Part shown: positions 28,768 through 38,069 of the stretch, piece after piece
Layout of the letters: the number at the start of each line of letters is the position of its first letter
Position numbering within the stretch: the first letter of the stretch is position 1
Source: a virus
DNA length: 64,000 bases
Direction: 5' to 3' (one strand)
IMG/VR virus record: IMGVR_UViG_3300042197_004918
Coordinates: 32,001-96,000 of that record
Position numbers and translations under genes: made by a program
The notes under the pieces: model-generated
Databases searched by the model: none
The model's input: only the letters and a program-made list of their open reading frames with translations
Told to the model about the DNA's origin: nothing

Positions 28768-29835
28768 ATGAATATCGAATTTGACGTAACACTGAACTGC
28801 AATTTTAGTTGTCTGAACTGTAATCGACACAGCAATTTCAACTCACTAACAAACCCATACGATTCGGAAAAATCTGCTGGGTTGAATTATTACGGAAACA
28901 CAAACGTTTCTCTTGAAGCTGTTGACAAACTTATCTCGGATATAAAGGAGAATAGGAACGTCGAGAAGATTCATATCATAGGTGGTGAACCACTCACACA
29001 CCCTAAGATTGACATGATAGTTGACCGATTGAGAGATGAATTGCTTGGCAATTATGTCCCCGATATTGTGATAATATCCAATCTCCATCCCAAGATGTTA
29101 AAAGCGGGAACGCTCGACACGCCTGAACAGTTTTTGAAGTTTTATCGTTTTGATAGACATGAACAAATAAAGTGGGGTTATTCACCGGAATTTCTTCCGA
29201 ATCTTCTAACATCCATAAAGAATTATATGAATTCGGAGAATGTGAGTGTAGAAAAATTCTCTGAGATGGCGAGTCTCATTAAAATCGAAGAATCTCCTAA
29301 TGGAGACATGAGCATCGCTGATATACTATCCAGAGTGAGGGCCTTTAGAGGGGTATTGGTGAGTAATTTTACTCCATTAGATGAGAAATCTGACGTTCAT
29401 AGATGTTCATTGGTATCACCGTATGACTCTGGTCAGGAGATGATTCCTCTTTGTAATATACCAAATCGTTGTGGAACCAATTATTCCTTCGATGGATATT
29501 GGCCGTGTTCCCAAGGAGCAGCCATTGCCCGTCTTTTTAATTTGAAACAGTTCAATAGAAAAGATATTCCCAAGTCATTTGAGGATTGGCCTGGTGTGGA
29601 TAAAAAAGGAAACGCTGCGGTTAACAAAAATTCTCCTATATGGGAACTGTGTAAACACTGTCAGTTGGCTGCCAAATCTAAGATGTTAGAAAAAGACCAC
29701 GGCCGGCCTATATCTGTGAGCTATAGAAAAGCTTTGGGTATAGAGGCAGGAGAAACCTCTAATTCCGAATATGTTGTAGCTGCACACAAGAAAAACCTCG
29801 CCTCATCAATATACTTAGACTCTGATAAAATTTAA
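28768..29835 (+). CDS. radical SAM protein
   Basis: CNFSCLNC, GGEPLTHP, C-terminal Cys cluster (CKHC). Confidence 0.85.
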   Translation: MNIEFDVTLNCNFSCLNCNRHSNFNSLTNPYDSEKSAGLNYYGNTNVSLEAVDKLISDIKENRNVEKIHIIGGEPLTHPKIDMIVDRLRDELLGNYVPDIVIISNLHPKMLKAGTLDTPEQFLKFYRFDRHEQIKWGYSPEFLPNLLTSIKNYMNSENVSVEKFSEMASLIKIEESPNGDMSIADILSRVRAFRGVLVSNFTPLDEKSDVHRCSLVSPYDSGQEMIPLCNIPNRCGTNYSFDGYWPCSQGAAIARLFNLKQFNRKDIPKSFEDWPGVDKKGNAAVNKNSPIWELCKHCQLAAKSKMLEKDHGRPISVSYRKALGIEAGETSNSEYVVAAHKKNLASSIYLDSDKI

Positions 29836-29838
29836 ATT

Positions 29839-30447
29839 ATGCATACATTTTTACCAAAAAAACGACTGGACTCTTTATTAGCTGTAGCTAAAAGGTCGTC
29901 CGCTCTATCCGGCCAAATGGCCGAATTAGGTGTGGCCTACGGATATGTTTGTGAAGAACTGGCAAAATCTTACACCGACAAAACGGTTTATGCGTTCGAT
30001 ACCTTTGAGGGGTTTTCTTTATTGCCCGACAGTTATTTTAACGCATCACCGAATTTCGACGTTAAGATCTATAAAGAGAGATTTGAAAGAACTACTGAGT
30101 GGGATAAAAACTGGGGATCTGAATTTCCTTGGGAGAAAATTTTGGAAAACTTGAACCGATATTCAAACATAGTAGTCAAGAAGGGACTCTTTCCGGATAC
30201 AGCAGTAGGATTAAACGAGTCGTTCTGTTTCGTTCACCTAGATGTAGATATTTATAAAAGCACTCTTCTCGGCCTCGAATACTTTTACGAAAGATTGGTT
30301 CCCGGTGGAAGTATTGTTATTGACGATTATTTCGAGGAACATCGTTATCCCGGAGTTAAAGACGCGGTTGATGAGTGTCGTAAAAAATTTGACATAAAAC
30401 ACGTCGATGCAAGCGTGTCAGGTCAGGGTATCATAATAAAACCATGA
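29839..30447 (+). CDS. TylF/MycF/NovP-family O-methyltransferase
   Basis: ELGV, FDTFEG, KGLFPDT, HLDVDIY.ST, IDDY. Confidence 0.9.
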   Translation: MHTFLPKKRLDSLLAVAKRSSALSGQMAELGVAYGYVCEELAKSYTDKTVYAFDTFEGFSLLPDSYFNASPNFDVKIYKERFERTTEWDKNWGSEFPWEKILENLNRYSNIVVKKGLFPDTAVGLNESFCFVHLDVDIYKSTLLGLEYFYERLVPGGSIVIDDYFEEHRYPGVKDAVDECRKKFDIKHVDASVSGQGIIIKP

Positions 30448-31388
30448 ACCTAAGTGTAAATCCTGAATTTGGTATAGAACTTACACTGGCGGTTCCCTAC
30501 GCACATTTCTTGCATAAGAATGGTCAATTAGAATCAGTGGAAACCTCAATGGGGATGAAACCGTTCTATTTTTTCTGTAAAGATGTCAGAGAGGTTTATC
30601 GGGGAAGAAGTTTAGATAATTTAGCCGCGTTAAAACAGGTTCCTAACAAATGGATACACCATAACGCCGAGGCAGTTCTGGGAAAAGATTATAGTCTCCT
30701 TACCGACGAAGAGAAAGCGTCTGTAAATGGGGTTCTTGACTACTCGGAATGGCTGCCGGTCGATTTCAAATCCCATTACAGAAACGAAGAATTCAAGTTT
30801 GATAAACCAATGGTCTTTGTGACCAATAAGTTTAATATAGAACATGGAGAAGTTCCAATGGGATACTTTGACATAGAATGTCTGTGTTGGATGTTCGACT
30901 TTTTTAAAAACAAAGGATACACAGTTATTTATAAACGGGCGACAAACCGAGAAACGGAATTTTCTAAGGATGCCAATGAAATTCAGTCTCTCGAAAATGG
31001 ATACGAAGACATATGCGCCGATGTTGCTGGTATAGGAGTCATTACCGACTTCCAGTTGACAAAATACTTTGATAATGTTATTCTCCTCTCTGATATTGTG
31101 GGAAAATCAAAACAGCCTTATAATGAAGTTCAACTGAAGGTTTTGGCTAACTGTGATAAGTTTGTAAGCGTATGTGGTGGAAATTCGATATTATCTTCCA
31201 TGTTCGGCGGAACCGTGATAAGTTACATTCATAAGGGAAAAGAACTCCGACCAAATTACTTTGGTGTAAATAGTTACTTCAGAAAGTTGTCAGGAGCAAA
31301 CGTAATACCTACAGTAGATAGAACAGTCATGTTTAACGGTGAACATGATTATTCTGAATTGAAGAGTGCAATAGAAAAGAATTTTTAA
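30444..31388 (+). CDS. putative glycosyltransferase (GT9-like)
   Basis: EFGIEL, CDKFVSVCGG motif; cluster context. Confidence 0.5.
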   Translation: MNLSVNPEFGIELTLAVPYAHFLHKNGQLESVETSMGMKPFYFFCKDVREVYRGRSLDNLAALKQVPNKWIHHNAEAVLGKDYSLLTDEEKASVNGVLDYSEWLPVDFKSHYRNEEFKFDKPMVFVTNKFNIEHGEVPMGYFDIECLCWMFDFFKNKGYTVIYKRATNRETEFSKDANEIQSLENGYEDICADVAGIGVITDFQLTKYFDNVILLSDIVGKSKQPYNEVQLKVLANCDKFVSVCGGNSILSSMFGGTVISYIHKGKELRPNYFGVNSYFRKLSGANVIPTVDRTVMFNGEHDYSELKSAIEKNF

Positions 31389-31391
31389 AAT

Positions 31392-32567
31392 ATGAACATT
31401 AGCTTCATTCAACCATCGCGGGACAATCTGAAATATCTTAAATGGTCTTACGACGCATTAAGAACCAATCTCAGTCACAGAAATCACGAGATATGCGTTG
31501 CCGACGATTTTAGTTCCGATGGAACGGAGGAGTGGTGTAAGGAGATGTCGGAAAAAGACCCACACTTTAAATACATTCGTAATAATGGCCCTAAACGAGT
31601 TGGACATACAATTCTTTACGATAGATTGATAAACGAAGTTGCCACTAATGATGTGGTGATGATTTATCATGCGGATATGTGGGCGTGCCCAAACTTCGAC
31701 CTAGCGGTGGAGAAACACATCAAGCCTGGGACGGTTGTAAGTTTGACCAGAATAGAACCACCGTTGCACCCACCGGGTCCAGAAAAGATTGTTGCGGGAT
31801 TTGGAACCGAACCGGAAGATTTTGACCCAGAGAAGTTTTTGACGTGGTTTAAGTCGCTCAAGAATACATACGAAAACGTCACCACAGAAGGAATCTTCGC
31901 TCCTTGGGCAATATACAAGGCAGATTTTCAATCAATCGGTGGTCACGATAAACTCTTCGCTCCACAGTCTAAGGAAGATAGTGACATCTTTAACAGATTT
32001 CTTTTGAATGGTTACAAGTTTGTTCAAACGTGGGATGGATTTGTGTATCACATGACTTGTAGAGGAAGTCGGTTCAACCCAACGCTTACGGTGGTTGGTA
32101 AAGAAAGCCCCGAGTGGTTAAAACAGAATGAACGGAGTGCTAGGAACTTCATACGAAAGTGGGGTCATTTTGTTAAACATGATTCGTATATGAAACCCAT
32201 CGTTCCGAAACGGTATAACGTTGGTTTTGTAATCCGAAACGCCAATGAGCAGTTTATTGCTGCGTTGGAACCGTGGTGTGACCGTCTATACTCGGATGTA
32301 AATTACAACCGGTATATAGAAATAGAACAACCGAACACGCTTTATGATTTGAGAAGCAAACTGAAATCCGCTAAATCAGAGGAACCTACCGCTGACGTTT
32401 TGGTTGAGTTTGACGCATCTGTGTTTAATAACAATCATTTTAACTTAATATCAAATCTGAGCGATGTCGTCACCGAGACTAACGAGGCCGGGTCGTTTGA
32501 GTTCGACATATTCAAGATAAAAATAAACCAAGTCAGGTCGTTTGAGAAAGACCTCATAAAACTGTGA
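31392..32567 (+). CDS. GT2 glycosyltransferase
   Basis: DDFSSDGT, HADM, GGHD..F, EDSD, YH. Confidence 0.85.
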   Translation: MNISFIQPSRDNLKYLKWSYDALRTNLSHRNHEICVADDFSSDGTEEWCKEMSEKDPHFKYIRNNGPKRVGHTILYDRLINEVATNDVVMIYHADMWACPNFDLAVEKHIKPGTVVSLTRIEPPLHPPGPEKIVAGFGTEPEDFDPEKFLTWFKSLKNTYENVTTEGIFAPWAIYKADFQSIGGHDKLFAPQSKEDSDIFNRFLLNGYKFVQTWDGFVYHMTCRGSRFNPTLTVVGKESPEWLKQNERSARNFIRKWGHFVKHDSYMKPIVPKRYNVGFVIRNANEQFIAALEPWCDRLYSDVNYNRYIEIEQPNTLYDLRSKLKSAKSEEPTADVLVEFDASVFNNNHFNLISNLSDVVTETNEAGSFEFDIFKIKINQVRSFEKDLIKL

Positions 32568-32731
32568 AGAACTTCAAGAAGTTGCTTGTAAAGTATCTTG
32601 ATTCCAATGGAAACGAGAAGTTGGAACCATCTGAGATATTGTATCCACTTGCACTATTCTTCGTCATAGACATAATGGCCGGGACAATCTCCAATCTTTT
32701 CTACGATTTTATGAAGGGTATACTAAAATGA
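32564..32731 (+). CDS. small membrane protein (55 aa, not in ORF track)
   Basis: GTG start overlapping upstream stop; LDSNGNEKLE loop followed by hydrophobic segment. Confidence 0.5.
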   Translation: MKNFKKLLVKYLDSNGNEKLEPSEILYPLALFFVIDIMAGTISNLFYDFMKGILK

Positions 32732-33072
32732 TTGAAATCTACCACAACATGATAGCCGTAAACCTATTCGTATTAATCGTTTGGTTTAAAACCGACGCTC
32801 TGATAGAGTATGCGAAACTTATCAGAGTCGGAAAGTGGATTTATGTAGATGACTTTGAGAAGAAACGGGCGGAAGATTTTGAACTGACATACCTCACTTA
32901 CCTGCGTCAGCACAGGAATTGCTTCTTTACAAGACTCATAACGTGTCCCATCTGTGTAACATCGTGGATGTTTCTTATAACCTTAATATCGGAAAATCCG
33001 ATTCCAAATTTTTCTCTAAATGCTACGATAACACTGGCTCTTTACTATTTATTCTCAAAGTTAATGAGATGA
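32728..33072 (+). CDS. membrane protein with CxxC (DUF1360-like)
   Basis: LITCPICVTSW and several hydrophobic segments. Confidence 0.55.
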   Translation: MIEIYHNMIAVNLFVLIVWFKTDALIEYAKLIRVGKWIYVDDFEKKRAEDFELTYLTYLRQHRNCFFTRLITCPICVTSWMFLITLISENPIPNFSLNATITLALYYLFSKLMR

Positions 33073-33353
33073 TTAGGATAAACCATTTTACAGATTTTTA
33101 CAACCTCATAAATTCAGTGGGGTTATCCTCAACGTCGCCATACGACAATTTCACCAGAACGGTCGATAGGTTTGTCTCACTTTGCGGATGTGACCAAGCT
33201 ACCAAGAAGGCTGAAGCCGGTGACGATTCAAAGAAATTGTATATGTCTCTGGCTCGGTCGGAAATTGGTTCTCAGATTCAAATGATAAAGAAAAAGAGAA
33301 ACGTGTCCAAGATAGAGTTTTATTCTGACAACTCTTTGTTGTCTAAGTATTAA
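33069..33353 (+). CDS. hypothetical protein
   Basis: ATG 33069 overlaps upstream stop; CGC motif. Confidence 0.55.
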   Translation: MIRINHFTDFYNLINSVGLSSTSPYDNFTRTVDRFVSLCGCDQATKKAEAGDDSKKLYMSLARSEIGSQIQMIKKKRNVSKIEFYSDNSLLSKY

Positions 33354-34246
33354 TCCTCTTTCGCGTCACACGCCACTTTTTTGTGTGGGCAGTATTTACA
33401 GTTCTTCTTCCCTTTTCCCGGAACCTTTGGATAGTTTCCATTTTTTCTAAACTCTCCGTTTTCGTGGAAACACTCTTCGACAAAGTTGGTGAACCCCGTT
33501 ATAGACTCCACCACTGCACCTTTATTGCTGCATGGCTGGAACAGTTGAATTCTATTCTGAGGGAACGCGACGTTCTCGAATAACTTCCGTTTAACTATAA
33601 AGAACTCGACTTCTATATCTTCAAGTGAGACATTGAATTTTTTGCTGTAGAACGCCTTGTATATTATGAGCTGACTGTATTTGCTTTCATCTTCCTTCAT
33701 ATAGGAATTCCAGCCTGCTGAAGAAGTTTTAAAGTCTATTATCTTGTATTTCCCCGAGGCCTTGTCACGCAACACCAAGTCTATGAAAGCGATGAATTGG
33801 ACATTGTGTTTGATGTCTAACTCAAGCGGCAATTCAGCACCAATGAATTCGTATTTTTTACTTGGGAAGTTCTTTAGACGGTTCACCGGTTTTGTGAAAT
33901 CTCCGATAATATCCTGAGCATCAAAGCAGAATTCGGTGTATTCATCCTCGGTGTATTTTAGTCCGCTTTTAGCTTTACCATCTTCAAGTTCACGTTCAAA
34001 TGCTTTCTTGAAAACATCAAAGAGGTTTAGAGAATCTGCCTCTACGTGAGTTTTTGTGTAGAGAGTTTCTATGTAAAGCTGAAGTGCTTCGTGCATAGCG
34101 GTTCCGAAACAGGTGTTTATGGAACCTTCAAACTTACGAAGATTCTCCAGATAATCCAATCGCCAAGCATTAGGACATTTAAACCATTTTGCGTATTGAG
34201 AATAGCTCACCCGCTTCTTTTTTATCTCGGTTTTTATATCATCCAT
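33350..34246 (-). CDS. PD-(D/E)XK Cas4/RecB-like exonuclease
   Basis: SYSQ..CP, GTAMHE, FIDLV, IIDFKT, QL..Y, CKYC..C Fe-S ligands. Confidence 0.88.
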   Translation of the reverse strand: MDDIKTEIKKKRVSYSQYAKWFKCPNAWRLDYLENLRKFEGSINTCFGTAMHEALQLYIETLYTKTHVEADSLNLFDVFKKAFERELEDGKAKSGLKYTEDEYTEFCFDAQDIIGDFTKPVNRLKNFPSKKYEFIGAELPLELDIKHNVQFIAFIDLVLRDKASGKYKIIDFKTSSAGWNSYMKEDESKYSQLIIYKAFYSKKFNVSLEDIEVEFFIVKRKLFENVAFPQNRIQLFQPCSNKGAVVESITGFTNFVEECFHENGEFRKNGNYPKVPGKGKKNCKYCPHKKVACDAKED

Positions 34247-34252
34247 ACACTT

Positions 34253-34280
34253 ACTATAACATGATTATCGTGATAGTCTA
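34253..34280 (-). promoter_or_regulatory. sigma70-type promoter, leaderless
   Basis: TAGACT-16 bp-TATAGT with TGn; ATG 6 nt downstream. Confidence 0.5.
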
Positions 34281-34292
34281 CTACTTATAGTT

Positions 34293-35060
34293 ATGAGACA
34301 TTTTATACTGATTGCTTTGTTTTTCTCGTGTTTGACGACCATCGCTGCCGTTTATCCGACCCCTACGTATTTATTGAAATCTGCCGGAAAAATCGAAGCC
34401 GTGACATTGAGTGACAATGGGGGTATATCTACAAATAAGTTGGTGGTCGGTGAAACGTATGTCAGAGAGAATTCTCAATCAGACTATAACACGCATACGA
34501 ACGCTTCTTTATCTTTGCTGCTTGCCAACGAAACGATTGTCAGTTTGGATGAAAACACTGAGTTCAAATTACATTCATCGACGGTAGATATTGTAAACCG
34601 AGGTTCACTCCCATCCAGCTCGTCGTTCACTAATAAAAACCATGTCGCATCGCTGATGGGTGGTTCCGTTGACATAATCAACACCTCTTCAAATGGAACA
34701 TTTTTGTTGCAGACGCCCAGAGTTTCTATGACAGTGGGCAAGGGTAAATTTAGGGTGATAGTGCAGGGAAAAACAACAATCGTGGTCGCCCTTGAAGGAA
34801 CGGTGACTTTACATAAACTTGTGGAATCGAAATCAGGAGTAATATCCGATGGGAAATTTGCCCACGTAACTACATACTACAGCCTCGTTACCAAAGGCGT
34901 AGATGTTTTGAATAATGGCAAGGCCACCGCAACGGTCAAACCAATCGACGAAGAAGATTCAAAGAAGATGACAGAATCTTTCAGCGACCTTCTACGCCTA
35001 GGGTCTTCGGTGATGTTCGTTGAGATAGATAATAAAACGGTTGGTGTAAAAATTCGTTGA
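34293..35060 (+). CDS. secreted FecR-like beta protein
   Basis: N-terminal signal peptide; L.NET.V.LDENT, LQTP and VALEGTV FecR-type motifs. Confidence 0.65.
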   Translation: MRHFILIALFFSCLTTIAAVYPTPTYLLKSAGKIEAVTLSDNGGISTNKLVVGETYVRENSQSDYNTHTNASLSLLLANETIVSLDENTEFKLHSSTVDIVNRGSLPSSSSFTNKNHVASLMGGSVDIINTSSNGTFLLQTPRVSMTVGKGKFRVIVQGKTTIVVALEGTVTLHKLVESKSGVISDGKFAHVTTYYSLVTKGVDVLNNGKATATVKPIDEEDSKKMTESFSDLLRLGSSVMFVEIDNKTVGVKIR

Positions 35061-35084
35061 CCATTTATCTATGAATGGTAATAT
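35057..35084 (+). promoter_or_regulatory. sigma70-type promoter of polymerase operon
   Basis: TTGACC-16 bp-TAATAT with TGn. Confidence 0.6.
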
Positions 35085-35087
35085 GGT

Positions 35088-35318
35088 TTGGTGACCAGTG
35101 AAACTTTAAAAACATTTACAGACGATGAATTGGCTCTACTCTTATATGTAGTCAATTCTCATACACCGAAACTTCTTAACGGTGAAGTAACTCCAAACCT
35201 GTTAAAATCCATACACCTGTGGAAACTATCAGAGATGCTCAAGAAAGCAGAACCGAATTTGTTGGATGAAGCCAAACCTATTTTTACTTGTGTTCTCGAA
35301 AAACTTGGTATAAAGTGA
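35088..35318 (+). CDS. hypothetical protein
   Basis: 76-aa ORF immediately before the polymerase. Confidence 0.55.
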   Translation: MVTSETLKTFTDDELALLLYVVNSHTPKLLNGEVTPNLLKSIHLWKLSEMLKKAEPNLLDEAKPIFTCVLEKLGIK

Positions 35319-35324
35319 GAGTAG

Positions 35325-37856
35325 ATGTATCAAAATATTTTCGTAGACAAGAAGACAGAAACCATTTTCATATGGGATGACCAAGCGGGCTTAGTGAAAG
35401 TCCCGATTTCTGACGCAACCTATGCTTACAGAAAGCGTGACGGTGGCCGATACAAATCCTTATATGGTGATGAACTTGAACGGATACGAGACTTTTCTCC
35501 CCGCGACCCGTTGCTGTTTGAATCTGACGTCCCGTTGACCACTAGGGTATTGATAGACGCTTATGAGGACTCTGACGAACCCTCCACTGGCCATGTCGTG
35601 CTGTTCCTCGACATAGAAATCGACATTACAAACGGTTTCTCCACTCCGCAGGACGCAGAAAACGAAATCACTGCGATTGCTTTATACGACGACATTACTA
35701 AGAAGTATACCGCGTTAATTCTCGATAAGAAAGGTGACTTGCCTGACGAATCGAATCAATCGGATGCAACTGTATTATCATTCAACTCCGAAGAATCTCT
35801 GCTTTCGTGTTTCTTGAACAAGGTTGAAGAAACTCGCCCAACCATTATTACGGGGTGGAACGTGGCCGAGTTCGATATGCCCTACCTCATTAACAGGATA
35901 ACAAAGGTGCTCGGAAGAAATCAGTCTTCCCGTATGTCACCTATCAACGTCTCATACATCAGCAAGGCTTTTGGAGACGTGGTTGTGGCTGGAGTTTCGA
36001 TTCTTGACTACATGGTTTTGTATAAGAAGTTCATTGGCCGAAACGAACCAAGTTATGCATTGGGAGCGATAGCAAAACGTGTAGTCCAGATGGATAAGTT
36101 GGCCTACGACGGAAACCTGCAGGATTTATTTAGGTCTGACATCAAGAAATACATCGAATACAACTTGAACGACGTCAAGATTGTGGTCGCTATAGACCAG
36201 AAATTAAAGTTCATTGATTTGGCGAGGAACATTTGCCACACGGGCCACGTTCCATACGAATACTTCGGTATGTCAAGCCGATATATCGAAGGAGCGATGT
36301 TGATATACCTTCGCAGGATGGGGCTTGTGGCTCCAAATAAATCGTTGGAAGGTCAAGCAGAGTTTGCTGCAAGGACTGAGGGCGACGAAGATGGGTTTGA
36401 AGGAGCATTCGTTAAAGACCCGGTTCCGGGAAGATATGATTGGGTGTATGACTTGGATTTAACCTCCATGTATCCCAACATTATGATAAGTCTAAACATC
36501 AGCCCGGAGACGGTCATTTCAAAGGTAGAAGGGTGGAACGTAGAGAAATATCTTAAAAACGAATATACGTCAGTCAAGATGTCGGGAACCGAATATCCAA
36601 TTGACGATTTCAAGAAGATGATGGAAGAGAAGAAGTTTTCTATCGCTTCAAATGGTGTAATTTACAGAAACGACAAACCGGGACTGATTCCTTCTATTTT
36701 GATAAAGTGGTTCGATGAAAGAAAAGCGTTGCGTAAGAAAGCCAAGGAATTCGCTGAGGCGGGAGACACGGAACAGTATGAATTCTATAATGGTCGTCAA
36801 GGCGTCCAAAAGATTCTACTCAACAGCGCATATGGTGTCTTGGGATTGGAAGTATTCCGATTTTACAACAAAGACAACGCCGAGGCCGTCACTCTAACGG
36901 GCCAGGATATCATCAAGACCACCAACAAAGCCATCAACCTCTATTACAAGAATGTCCTCCAGAAAGATGGAGATTATGTTGTATATGTAGACACCGATTC
37001 GGCCTTCGCAAGTGCCGTTCCTATCATCGAAAAGACGATGCCCGAAGTAGATTTGAAAGATGATAAACAGATGACGGTCGCAATATTGAAAGTTGCCGGT
37101 GACGTCCAACTGTTCGTCAATAAGTTTTACGATGTCATGGCTAAGAAGTTCTTTAACATCGAAAAACACCGATTTGATATTAAACAGGAAGTAATATCGA
37201 AGTCTAGTTTCTGGCTTGCCAAGAAACGGTATTGCCAACTTATCATAAACAAAGCCGGTTTACCTGTGGATGAACTTGAAATTAAGGGGATTGACGTCGT
37301 AAGAACCGGCTTCCCCGCGATTTTCAGAAAGTTTATGAAAGAGTTCATCGTTGATATTTTGAAGAAAGTTGACCAACGGAAGATAGACGATGATATTGTA
37401 AAGTTTCTGGAAGACATAAACACATTGTCGGTTGTGGAACTTGCTAAGAACACATCCGTAAAGTTTATCAGTTTGGATAAAACCAAGAATTACAATCCGA
37501 AGGAGAGGAAGCCCTTTCAGACCATGAAGGGCACGCCCGCACAAGTCAAGGCTGCCTTGATGTATAATGACTTACTTGAAAAGTGGGAATTGACCAAACA
37601 CGTCCAACCAATCTTTAACGGGCAGAAGATTAAGTGGGTGTATATCCGTGATAATGAGTATGGTATTGATGCTCTTGCTATGAAAGCGGATGGGAATGAC
37701 CCGAAGGAAATGATTGAGTTTATCGCTAAGTATATTGACCGAAAAGCGATGTATGACCAAGAGTTGAAAAGCAAGTTGGGTGACTTCTATTCAATTTTGA
37801 AGTGGGATTATCCAAGTCTGGAGAGTCGAAAAGCAGAGGAGTTCTTTTCTTTTTAA
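35325..37856 (+). CDS. family B DNA polymerase (T4 gp43-like)
   Basis: Exo DIEID, GWN..FD, YNLND; pol DLTSMYP, KILLNSAYG, YVDTDS, KKRY; ends AEEFFSF. Confidence 0.97.
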   Translation: MYQNIFVDKKTETIFIWDDQAGLVKVPISDATYAYRKRDGGRYKSLYGDELERIRDFSPRDPLLFESDVPLTTRVLIDAYEDSDEPSTGHVVLFLDIEIDITNGFSTPQDAENEITAIALYDDITKKYTALILDKKGDLPDESNQSDATVLSFNSEESLLSCFLNKVEETRPTIITGWNVAEFDMPYLINRITKVLGRNQSSRMSPINVSYISKAFGDVVVAGVSILDYMVLYKKFIGRNEPSYALGAIAKRVVQMDKLAYDGNLQDLFRSDIKKYIEYNLNDVKIVVAIDQKLKFIDLARNICHTGHVPYEYFGMSSRYIEGAMLIYLRRMGLVAPNKSLEGQAEFAARTEGDEDGFEGAFVKDPVPGRYDWVYDLDLTSMYPNIMISLNISPETVISKVEGWNVEKYLKNEYTSVKMSGTEYPIDDFKKMMEEKKFSIASNGVIYRNDKPGLIPSILIKWFDERKALRKKAKEFAEAGDTEQYEFYNGRQGVQKILLNSAYGVLGLEVFRFYNKDNAEAVTLTGQDIIKTTNKAINLYYKNVLQKDGDYVVYVDTDSAFASAVPIIEKTMPEVDLKDDKQMTVAILKVAGDVQLFVNKFYDVMAKKFFNIEKHRFDIKQEVISKSSFWLAKKRYCQLIINKAGLPVDELEIKGIDVVRTGFPAIFRKFMKEFIVDILKKVDQRKIDDDIVKFLEDINTLSVVELAKNTSVKFISLDKTKNYNPKERKPFQTMKGTPAQVKAALMYNDLLEKWELTKHVQPIFNGQKIKWVYIRDNEYGIDALAMKADGNDPKEMIEFIAKYIDRKAMYDQELKSKLGDFYSILKWDYPSLESRKAEEFFSF

Positions 37857-37859
37857 ATT

Positions 37860-38069
37860 ATGAATTCTAAATTAACTCACGCGTGTTTGCCTCCGGATAG
37901 AGAGGAAATATTTCGATTGTTGGATATGTTTGAAGGTGGTGCATATACGGAAAATTATATGGTTGCATCGGTGATGAAACATCTTAGAGGAAGAGCTAAC
38001 CCCGTATTAGTGAGAAACGTCGTCGCGGAATACTTTAAAGGAAGTAATAGAAAGATAAGAGTAGTATGA
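37860..38069 (+). CDS. small protein resembling the GatB/YqeY C-terminal helical domain
   Basis: MVASVMKHLRGRANPVLV pattern. Confidence 0.5.
   Translation: MNSKLTHACLPPDREEIFRLLDMFEGGAYTENYMVASVMKHLRGRANPVLVRNVVAEYFKGSNRKIRVV

Noticed and set aside
10910-32567. Bacterial O-antigen/capsule locus (host chromosome)
   Set aside because: No wzx/wzy/wzz or ABC exporter; interspersed phage-type genes; flanked by T4-like replisome genes
33350-34246. Cas4-like gene as evidence of a CRISPR-Cas system
   Set aside because: Solo Cas4/RecB-like nucleases are common in phages; no cas1/cas2 or array here
35325-37856. Intein or intron in the DNA polymerase or helicase
   Set aside because: Normal lengths, contiguous motifs, no intein splice signatures seen
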